NCBI GenBank assembly: GCA_002811645.1
Contig: PDIP01000072.1
Location: forward strand, 1-64,000
Direction of reading: 5' to 3'
Length of the DNA stretch: 64,000 bases
Origin: Corallochytrium limacisporum Hawaii
Lineage: Eukaryota > Protista > Pluriformea
The notes under the pieces are model-generated. The model was not told the DNA's origin and searched no databases. It worked only from the letters and a program-made list of their open reading frames with translations. The position numbers and the translations under genes were made by a program. This document shows positions 44,578-54,172 of the stretch, piece after piece. The stretch's first letter is position 1, and every line of letters begins with the position of its first letter.

Positions 44578-46236
44578 TTACAGAACACCCGCATACGGCA
44601 CGCCGGACAGGTAGTGCATATCCTTCTTCCAGGTCACCAGGTCGTCCAAGCAGAAATCACTGAAACTTTTGTGTCCACAGGCGCGAGCGAGTAGCTGCAT
44701 CTGGTGCACACTGCCTTCAAAGAAGTTGGTCAGTTGCTTCGCACTCTTCTCGACGTTTACTTTGACACGCAGTTTAGGGTCCATTGTCGCGATGCCCGCA
44801 GGGCACATGTTGGTGTTGCACATGCGCGCAGCGATACAACCAATCGACTGCAGAGCCGAGTTAGCCACAGCAATGCCATCAGCCCCCAGGGCGAGGGCCT
44901 TCACAAAGTCTGCGGGTATACGCAGGCCGCCTGTAGCGATTAGGGTGACGTTGCGACCGACACCCTTAGCATCCAGGTGCCTACGAGCCCGAGCTAGGGC
45001 AGGAATTGTCGGTACGGAAATGTGATCACGGAAGATGGCCGGGGCGGCTCCGGTACCACCGCCACGGCCGTCAATAATGATGTAGTCCGCACTGGCGGCC
45101 AAGGCAAAATCAATGTCCTTCTCGATATGCTGTGCAGACAGCTTGAAACCGATAGGGATCCCACCGGTAATGTCTCGGACGTGGTCTGCAACCTTCTTGA
45201 AATCTTCCGCACTATGTAGCTCCTTGAATGTTGGGGGACTGATAGCATCCTCGCCCTCCTTCAGTCCGCGAATCTGTGCAATCTTCGCCTTTACCTTGGC
45301 ACCGGGCAGGTGTCCACCGGTGCCTGTCTTGGCGCCCTGTCCTCCCTTGAAATGGAAAGCCTGCGCTTTCTTCACGACTTCGTCTGAGTAGCCGAACTCA
45401 GCACTGGCCAATTCATAGAAGTAGCGGCTGTTGTTCTGCTGCTCCTCCGGCAGGCTACCACCCTCACCGCTGCAGATGCCTGTTCCCGCTGCCTCGGCGC
45501 CCCTGGCCAGAGCGGTTTTTGCCTCCTCACTGATCGCACCGAAGCTCATGTCTGTGACAAACAGAGGGATCTTCAGGGTCAAAGGCTTCTTGGCCCTGGG
45601 TCCGATCACCAGCTCCGTTTTCACAGGCACGTCCTCCATTAGTGGTTTGGTGGCCATCTGGGCCGTTATGATCTGGATGTCGTCCCATTGCGGCAATGTC
45701 GGACGTGGTACGCCCATGGCCACCATTTCTCCGTGGCCGTGCAGGCCTTCGCCTCGTGCAAGGGCCTTAATTTGACCAATTGTAGGTTCTTCTGGAGTGG
45801 ATTCCGGATCACCTCTGGATCCGGCGGCCTGGACCTTGCCACCGGCGAGGTCTTCAATGTCACCGACCTCACTGTCCTTGATCTTGGCATGGGTGCCATC
45901 ACAGAACGGTTGATTACCCGTTTTCTTACATTGACAGAGGAAAACATCTTTGGACTCGTCCGGAGTGAACTTCATGGGCTTGAAGGCTGTCCCGGCATGG
46001 CTACCATCGCAGAAGGGCTGGTTCTTGCTAAGGCCGCACCTGCACCAGTAATAGTCCTTGCCAGCTTCGACCGATACCTTGGCAGGCTTTCTGGCCGCAA
46101 CTTTGGGGAGTTTGGTCATGGTCCTGAGTTGAGAGGTGTTCAGTACTGGGCTACGTGCAAACAGGGGAAATGCACGGTTGTAGTTGGACAGAATCAGTCT
46201 AGGGTTCATCAAACGGAACAGATCTCTCAAGGCCAT
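44578..46236 (-). CDS. Tandem CDGSH iron-sulfur domain + FMN-binding glutamate synthase domain fusion, with N-terminal presequence
   Basis: WCRCGLSKNQPFCDGSH and LCQCKKTGNQPFCDGTH. GOGAT FMN motifs MSFGA, SGEGG, GQGAKTGTGGHLPG, DGRGGGTGAAP and CIAARMCNTNMCPAGIAT. Confidence 0.93.
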   Translation of the reverse strand: MALRDLFRLMNPRLILSNYNRAFPLFARSPVLNTSQLRTMTKLPKVAARKPAKVSVEAGKDYYWCRCGLSKNQPFCDGSHAGTAFKPMKFTPDESKDVFLCQCKKTGNQPFCDGTHAKIKDSEVGDIEDLAGGKVQAAGSRGDPESTPEEPTIGQIKALARGEGLHGHGEMVAMGVPRPTLPQWDDIQIITAQMATKPLMEDVPVKTELVIGPRAKKPLTLKIPLFVTDMSFGAISEEAKTALARGAEAAGTGICSGEGGSLPEEQQNNSRYFYELASAEFGYSDEVVKKAQAFHFKGGQGAKTGTGGHLPGAKVKAKIAQIRGLKEGEDAISPPTFKELHSAEDFKKVADHVRDITGGIPIGFKLSAQHIEKDIDFALAASADYIIIDGRGGGTGAAPAIFRDHISVPTIPALARARRHLDAKGVGRNVTLIATGGLRIPADFVKALALGADGIAVANSALQSIGCIAARMCNTNMCPAGIATMDPKLRVKVNVEKSAKQLTNFFEGSVHQMQLLARACGHKSFSDFCLDDLVTWKKDMHYLSGVPYAGVL

Positions 46237-47423
46237 CAAACTTATGGCGCTCCGGATTATCCCAGTATTTCTGACAGGCCAAGAGGCTTTTATTATCCCC
46301 TTTGTCAGCGTCCCTTGATGTAGGTGATTGTTTCTTTCACCCGATCGGTCCGCTTTCACCTTATCGCTCCCTCCGTCCGTACCGCTATCTGCCCTCCTCG
46401 TCTTCTGTTTGGTTGGTTGCACGAAAGTGAAAAAACAGCGGTGGGACTCATAATGCACCAGGAATTCCTTGTCATACGCCTTATGAGAGTAGAAAGGCCT
46501 TCGAATCGGACGTGCCTAGTGCCCTGGATCTTTGTGTGCCCTTTCGTATTTGGCGCAAATTGGCAGAATACACATCATATTCCCATGGATTTCAAGGCCG
46601 AGGGCAACAACAGGACAGTCCTCGCCTTTACATGCACTTGTGTCCACAGGCCAGTATCCCCACCGTGTTAACCCACTATGCAACCATTTGACATCAAAAC
46701 AGCGAACGGGGATCGAAAATCAGTGCCACTACCACTCTGCTTCCAGTGTTGCTAATTGCGCAAAACCAAACATTGGGGACGTCCCTTTCTCTGAATCAAT
46801 GGTATCATCAACTATTTCACATCCGCCACATTGGTTCTCCATCACCATCTATGCCAACTCCCGCTACTCGTCATTTCATGGTTGTGGCGATGTGCTGAGG
46901 AGCTGTTGAAGATGTCCTGACGAGGCATTGGATGGTTCGTGTACGGTAGCGGTAGCATACGCGAAGTCCAGCCTGGAATCTGTTCCTCCAATCTCCGGCC
47001 TAAGCATTAATTCTACCCCGCACGGGCGTTGTTTGGGCAGTCAGGTCTCTTCTGTCGATCTCAGGTATTCGTTCCGCCCCGAGTCAGCGAAAGAAGCACG
47101 AAAGACTAACACTGGCACAGTAGCTTCCACCTTTCTCCATACTAACGCAAAATACTTTGGGTATACTCCTCTGGGCTCACAGGGACATTTTCGAGGGAAT
47201 CGATCGCTAAGCAAAAGAATACAATCCGAAGCACCTTGATGGAAGGACGGGCGTACCTCCCCGTTTTCCCCGGCGAAAAGAAAAGATAGACCTGGAGGGG
47301 CAGTGTGTGCTTCGTTGGGGCCGGCGATGGCCTGATCCCCCGACCGGCGGGTCCCATCTCTCTTCCCCTACCCCTTTTCCCCTCCCCCCCCTCCCTCTTC
47401 TTCGTTTCCTTCGTCCCCCCCCC

Positions 47424-47603
47424 NNNNNNNNNNNNNNNNNNNNNNNNNNNNNNNNNNNNNNNNNNNNNNNNNNNNNNNNNNNNNNNNNNNNNNNNNNNNN
47501 NNNNNNNNNNNNNNNNNNNNNNNNNNNNNNNNNNNNNNNNNNNNNNNNNNNNNNNNNNNNNNNNNNNNNNNNNNNNNNNNNNNNNNNNNNNNNNNNNNNN
47601 NNN
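47424..47603. other. Assembly gap (N run)
   Basis: Run of N preceded by a C-rich homopolymer tract. Confidence 1.
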
Positions 47604-48249
47604 ACTTCTCCTGCCCCGGTCCCTCCTTCGCTGCTCATCTACCCGTCCCGCCCTTTCCTCTGTGACCTCTCTTTCCACAGTCTGAGCGCTCCGCACCGTC
47701 CTGCTGTTTGGCGAGAGGTCGGCAAGGGTGCAGCGTTGTGGTGCACAGAAACAGGTGCCGGCGGTACGCACTGTGTACATCACAGCGGAACGGACACTCA
47801 GCCGACTAAGAGAGCATGGCAGGGCATGCTAGATCCTCCCACAACCTCTGCAGTAATACCATTTAGAGATCATTCGGGATCAGTCGTGTCCATTTCATGT
47901 TTGAGCACAAGGGCCGGGCAAGGAGGCAATGGGCAATGTTGTAAATTGCGGAATTCAGTCACTACCACTTGACCAAAGCGCAATCGGTCGGGAGGTTGGA
48001 AGATCTACTGGACTCGAGAAGGCTGACTGAATAAAGATAACATCGACGTGTCTCACACCAACTGGTGGGTAGTGGGGTATTTTGGAGCGATGGACGACGA
48101 CTTTGTGTTCCAGGATCATGTCCTCGCAAAGGAACGAAAGCAACTTGTATACGATGGACCTATATTTCTACCTGACTGTACTACTCATTGTTGTCATTGT
48201 AACCTTTAATTTCGTAGCAACAGAAGCGGACAACACTGATACCAAGATA

Positions 48250-49211
48250 ATGGTGAACCGGGGCACAGGCTTGCGTCGCATTGCAAATTCAAAGCCCAAA
48301 AGACCCGTGAGGGTGGTGGTTTCATCATTGCCGGCAGCGTCGGAAGTTCAAACATGGATGTACTTGATCCATTTTTGATGCTTGATCACATGGGGCCCGC
48401 AACTTATGGTCCCGGGGAAGGCATCGGTGCTCCTGATCATCCGCACCGCGGCTTTGAAACTGTCACGTACATCCTCGAGGGCGAAATGCAACACGAGGAC
48501 AGTGTTGGCAACAAAGGCCTGCTAAAGCCCGGTTGGTGCCAATGGATGACTGCGGGCAGTGGTGTCGTCCATAGCGAAATGCCCTCTGACAAGATTATGA
48601 AAGAAGGGGGAACGGTGGAAGGCTTTCAACTCTGGGTAAACCTGCCCGCTAAGGATAAGATGATCCCACCCAGATATCAAGACACGCCAGTGGAGAAGAT
48701 CCCAAAGATCAAGAGCGAGGATGGAAGGACAGACATTGTGGTGATTGCTGGAGAGAGCCATGGAACGAAGGCTTATATTGAAACACGGTCACCAATGTTG
48801 TATCTGGACATTAAGGTGGGTGCGGGTGCGAGGCACACTGAACCTGTTCCGAAGGATTTCAATGCTTTCTTCTATGTCTTCCGTGGCACAGGCAAAATCG
48901 CTGGTGAGAAGGTCGGTATTGGTAGCTACGGAAGGCTTGTCGACGGTGAGGCGATGGATGCTGAGGCGGACTCTGACAGCGGCGATAGCGGCCTCCGTTT
49001 CCTTCTGATCGGCGGACTGCCCCTGAACGAGCCGGTGGCCCGCTACGGACCGTTTGTGATGAATACGGAGGAACAAATTTACCAGGCCTTCGTAGACTTC
49101 CAAACAGGCCAGTTTGGCAAGATCGAGGGCAGCGAGAAACGTGCCAGACAAACGGAAGAGGCCCGGAAGATGCAGCAGCAGACGGGGCGATGGGAGCGTG
49201 ACGAGATGTGA
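48250..49211 (+). CDS. Pirin family cupin; 5' end appears frameshifted near 48285
   Basis: DPFLMLDH, HPHRGFETVTY, QWMTAGSGVVHSE, FQLWVNLP and YGPFVMNT. The pirin-typical KTREGGGF lies upstream of ATG 48354 in frame, but the only suitable ATG (48250) is in another frame. Confidence 0.9.
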
Positions 49212-49792
49212 AGAATGTAGTGTGCACTGCATCCGTCACTTGTTATTGACCTTCCGCGATTAAGAAAAATAAACGTTTGTACAATACTTTGAGTTCTCAA
49301 CATCTTCGCAATTGGTAAATCCCGCAGCCCAGGTGTCTGACCGGTAAGCTCTCCACCAGCCGTCATCACATCACAGAAGGTGTTCGTACTGGCAACCGCC
49401 TATCGTAATCATCCGGGCCTCCCCGAACCTAAAGTTGATTTCCCCCCTCCCCCTCCCCACCCGCCTGATGCAGAGGCGCCAAATCAATGCCTCCGGGACC
49501 CCACCGAAGGCGAGTACCCGCTGAGTTTTCGGTATCGGTGGCTCTCGCGTGCTCCTTCTTTGACGTAACGTTTGCACCACATGTATTTCAGAACGCATTC
49601 TGCGTCGATCCGTGTTTGTGGCACTTTATTTGTCCAATGGAAAATAAATTGACATTCCGTGTTCACGTGTATTTTGAATATTTCGAGGCGAAGGAAAGGA
49701 GAAGAGCAAACTCGAGGGCCGCAATCCTTAAACAATAGACTTGGAAGTGGTATTATTCACGAGGAAACACAAGAACAGACTATAACACAGAA

Positions 49793-50272
49793 ATGAGTTC
49801 CGACGACGAAAACGAATTGAGCCTGCCTAAGGCAGCGCTGTACAACTACGTCCAGAACTGCGTTCCGGAAGAATACTATGTCACCGGCGATGCGAAAGAT
49901 CTCATCATGGACTGCTGTAATGAGTTCGTGCAGCTGATAGCCTCCGAGGCCAACAGTCAGTGTGAAAAGGAACAGAGAAAGGTTATAGTAGGGAAACATA
50001 TCCTGGCTGCCCTGAATGCGCTGGGCTTTGAAGACTATGTCGACGAAGTAAGGAGCTCAGGTGAGGAGGCAGAGAAGGCGGTCAAGAAGAAGAAAAAACC
50101 GTTGAAGGATCCCAAGGACATTGAAGCGCTGCGGCAGAAACAAATGGAATACTTGGCGGCAGCACGGGCAAAACAGAGTCTACCGCCGATGCAATGGGGT
50201 ACTGGAAGTGGGCAGCCACAAGCGCCGGGAAGTGCTCAACGGCCTGGCGGAAACGGTGCTGGAGGGCAGTGA
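49793..50272 (+). CDS. DR1: Negative cofactor 2 beta subunit (Dr1/Ncb2), histone fold
   Basis: ELSLPKA, DAKDLIMDCCNEFVQLIASEAN, HILAALNALGFEDY, and C-terminal ALRQKQMEYLAAAR. Confidence 0.92.
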   Translation: MSSDDENELSLPKAALYNYVQNCVPEEYYVTGDAKDLIMDCCNEFVQLIASEANSQCEKEQRKVIVGKHILAALNALGFEDYVDEVRSSGEEAEKAVKKKKKPLKDPKDIEALRQKQMEYLAAARAKQSLPPMQWGTGSGQPQAPGSAQRPGGNGAGGQ

Positions 50273-50403
50273 CGACAATTCAACCGAAAGCATAAAAACC
50301 TTATGAACTATAATCATGATCAAAGAGTTGAGTCTTTCAGAAGCTTAACATGTCAGAGGTGGTCATATGTGTAGCACAGGAAAGATTTCACAACAGACAA
50401 AAC

Positions 50404-50730
50404 TTATTTGAGAGGGAATTGGCTGCCTTGGAAGTACTTCATCTTCTTGCCGTCGGCTGTGTACAGCTTCGGAATAACATTCTCTTTGAAATTCCGGAAC
50501 GGAGGTGCCGCCCAGTGATCTTCCCAGGCCTTTTTGTCACGCCATTCCTCGAAACAGGTGAAGATGCTTGGATTATTGAGATCTTGACCAAATGTGTAGC
50601 GTATGCAGCCATCTTCAAGACGACTCTGCCTGGCTAGCTCCGTGAAGATCTTCTTGGCGTCCTCTATCATGTCCTCCTTAACCTCAAGTGTGCCCTGAGC
50701 AAGGACGGTGCCTCCGGTCTCAACTGGCAT
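50404..50730 (-). CDS. Antibiotic biosynthesis monooxygenase (ABM; LsrG/YgiN-like) protein, copy 1
   Basis: SRLEDGCIRYTFGQD...FTCFEEWRDKKAWEDHWAAPPF. Confidence 0.88.
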   Translation of the reverse strand: MPVETGGTVLAQGTLEVKEDMIEDAKKIFTELARQSRLEDGCIRYTFGQDLNNPSIFTCFEEWRDKKAWEDHWAAPPFRNFKENVIPKLYTADGKKMKYFQGSQFPLK

Positions 50731-51378
50731 GGTGTCTAGTATTGATCTTTTTGGTGGTGTTGGTGGTGCTGATGATGATGATGATGATGATGGTGTACTA
50801 CTCTGTCCTGATCACAGACTCCTTCTGATAGCCCTTAATTATGGGAACACCCTGCCTTTAATACAAGAGAATCCACACACTTTACCCCCGCGGACGCGTC
50901 CGTACACGTCGTCAGCGCAAACGCGAACCCGACGATGACAGAGAGATATGAACCTCGCTGCCTCTCTTCCGCTCCGTTCGCGTCTCCCAGGGAGGACGTC
51001 AATGCTGCAGACACAGGAGGGGGGGGAGGGGGGAGTGAGGAAGTGAAAGTGGTGGAGAGGGAAACTTGCATCGCCTGGGAAAGTATGCGCATAGTCAATT
51101 AATGAACTTTTATTTGATCACAGCTGCTCTCTCCGCTGTCTTACTTGGTTAGGCTTTGTTTCATTCAATCGGCTGCTCCGACCGCGAGTGTGTGCGCAAA
51201 GACCCGCGATCGCGGGATGGCAAAAGCCATGCTCAATCCAGAAATGCCAATCCGACGAACACCTCGTAACAAACCATTTGTACGTCGCAATCTGGGAATG
51301 GGGAGACGTGACGTCAGGGATGCAGACATTCACAAACTACCGAACGCGCTAAAGGTTCCACCTCACAGCGATATCCAT

Positions 51379-51708
51379 CTACGACCGGATGAACTCGCGG
51401 CTCAGGAAGCCCTTCATGTTGTCGAAGCCCTCTTGTGTGTAAATGATGGGAAAATGGACTTTGACATGATTCTGGAAAGGAGCTGCTTTGTGATGGTTCC
51501 TCCATGCTTCGTGGTCGCGCCACTCCTCGATGAGCGAGAATACTGTGGGATCATCAATATTCTGGCCAAAGGTGTACTGGGCGCAGCCGTCTTCGAGTTG
51601 AACCTCCTTGGCTAGTTCTCTGAAGATCTTCTTTGCCTCCTCAACTTTATCCGCTTGAACATGCAGCGTGCCCTGGATGGCAACGGTGGTTCCGGCTTCG
51701 GTCGGCAT
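51379..51708 (-). CDS. ABM (LsrG/YgiN-like) protein, copy 2 (tandem paralog)
   Basis: MPTEAGTTVAIQGTL...LEDGCAQYTFGQN...EEWRDHEAWRNHHKAAPF. Colinear with copy 1, and the leader ACTAGACA(C/T)C-ATG is shared. Confidence 0.88.
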   Translation of the reverse strand: MPTEAGTTVAIQGTLHVQADKVEEAKKIFRELAKEVQLEDGCAQYTFGQNIDDPTVFSLIEEWRDHEAWRNHHKAAPFQNHVKVHFPIIYTQEGFDNMKGFLSREFIRS

Positions 51709-53334
51709 GATGTCTAGTTCTCGATGGTTGGCACGATGATGACATTGGCGACGATCACTAGTTGTTTCTTGCTGATCAGAGGGCTCTCTCATATCAACGG
51801 CGTGGTATCTTACATAGGTGATCATCCGCATGCTGCATGCATCCGTATGCATCGCCTGCACCGTATGTGATCCGCTGATGGTAATCGGGAGTTGAACACT
51901 TCGGCTTCGCAAGCCTCGTGCCTATAGCCGTCCCATGGAAGCGATGTATGGAAAGCTTTTCAACACCCCAATGGGGAGGCTATCTCATCACGCAAAAACA
52001 TTTACATAGTTAATTAATGGACGGGGGCTGGAGGACGGGCGGTGTTCTTGCTATCTCTCAGTCTCCTGTCTCTTCCTGGATCGAAGATGACACTACGTTG
52101 GTCTCGAAGGTCAACAAATGCGGAAAAAGACATATGTGTTCAACACACGCCATGCTGACTAATTGGCACGGGTCACAAACAGCTCTTACGGATCGGGGTT
52201 TGATTGACTCTATGAAAATGGGATCCCTCCACAGCACGTCCAATCTTGAGAGCCATCTTCTCCTTTAGGGGATCTCAACCTGAGGGCGGCTGGGATCTCC
52301 TTACGTGCACTCTGGTCTGAGTCGCTGCCATGTGTGGCATTGCGCTGCATATTTGTTCCGAACTGGGCGCGGATCGACTGTGGTGCACTGCAACGGGCCT
52401 CCTCAGGATCTGTAGGTCCTATGAGCGCTCTCCATGCCAGTACCGCCTTCCTTTCGGAGACAGAGAGCGATACGGACAGAGTGAAGATCCTTTGGTTCGC
52501 CTCATAGAGTCCAATCTACCGCTCAGCTGGTGCACGGTGTTCATGTCTCACTCAGTCACCCCACGCATGTACCGTCCGAACGCTCTCTCTTGCAGAGTGG
52601 CCCGGGGCTGCCTGCCAGCGGCCGCCGACCGGGGTTTCCCTCTTCTCCCCCCTTCTCTCTCTTTAGACCCTAGCATTTCTCCCGAGGGCGGGTCTCTGTC
52701 CCTGTCGAGGCAGGCATTGTATTCTGAAAATATAGAATCAGTGTACTTTGCGAATCTATCGAAATAACACACAAAATTACACACAAATTTGAAACCTGTC
52801 ACAATTTATTGGGAAAAGTTTTTGTCCCTCACTCTCATTCATAAATTTTCTTGAATTTTCCAGCCCAGAAGCTAGAACGCCCGGCAGGGCGAAACTGCCT
52901 TAAGTTGTACTCAGAGTCCGGTTTCAGAAAGATCAAGTACTGAAAGTACTGGGTAACGATCGGTCCCGGTCTTTCAGTACCGGGGACCGTGGCAGAAGTG
53001 TGACCCCGGAAGGGGGCCCTTGTACCTAGGGCTCAAGCCGAGTGCCATATAATTGAAGGCGACACAGGCGCACTCACAGCCGTCGCCCGGGCCATTCGGT
53101 ATGAGCAGTAGTAGTGGGGCTACTAGCCAGCAGAACTTGCCGCCCCTTTTCCTGTGTTTGGTTGCAGTACACACAGGTGAACATTCTCATAATGATATAT
53201 GATAATGCTTCGGATAAATACCATGGTTCCTGCTATTTGAGAAGGTATCTCATGGAGAACGTGTGATTAGTTAAGGTCAGAGGATCAAATTAGTTTTCAG
53301 TCAGAACTAGGTCGGAAAATTAAATTCTGCAAAC

Positions 53335-53733
53335 ATGGGTAGGGTTCGCACCAAGACCGTCAAGAAGGCCGCTCGGGTCATCATCGAGAAGTACTACACT
53401 CGTCTGACTCTCGATTTCCACACCAACAAGCGCATCGCTGCCGAGATCGCTGTAATTCCCTCCAAGCGGTTGAGGAACAAGATCGCTGGTTTCGTTACAC
53501 ATTTGATGAAGCGCATTCAGAAGGGACCTGTGCGCGGCATCTCCATTAAGCTGCAGGAGGAGGAGCGTGAGCGTCGTGACAACTACGTTCCTGAGGTCTC
53601 TGCTCTGGAGCAGGATGTTATCGAGGTGGATGCTGCTGTCAAGAACCTGCTGAAGGATATGGACATGGACAACCTTCCCGGTGTCGAGGAGAAGAAGCCC
53701 GACACCTATGTCGGTCGCCCTCGCCGCGTGTAA
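53335..53733 (+). CDS. RPS17: 40S ribosomal protein S17 (eS17)
   Basis: [21 protein letters not shown]...[41 protein letters not shown]. Confidence 0.99.
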   Translation: MGRVRTKTVKKAARVIIEKYYTRLTLDFHTNKRIAAEIAVIPSKRLRNKIAGFVTHLMKRIQKGPVRGISIKLQEEERERRDNYVPEVSALEQDVIEVDAAVKNLLKDMDMDNLPGVEEKKPDTYVGRPRRV

Positions 53734-54172
53734 GAAGTCCCCTTTATAGTTATGGCCATTTGATTCTTAGTTTCACCAAAGAACCATAAGTTATATCAAA
53801 CACACCAATCAGCATATCAAAACTTTCACAATGGGAGAGTATACAGCGAAGCAGAACACATGAAGCAACGGAAAGTTAGGCACCTCTGTCAATGTCGGAT
53901 ACCCTAAACCCCCATGCAAAATGACAGTTTGCATTCGGAATATCTGAAATACGTGTACATGGTTTGCTGCGTGTCGGGTTCTAAGGTTGTTTGACCTGGT
54001 CTTTGTCACCGACTGCTCTGCTTTATGCTTTTGAGACGTGGCTTGCTCTCTCAAGATCATCATTTTCATCACCGTTTTTTCGTTTTACTTTCATGAAAGC
54101 CAGACCTCATTTGAATGCAAAGAGTGTCTGCTTTGTAAATCGCATAGTCAATAAAATTACATGGACAATCCT

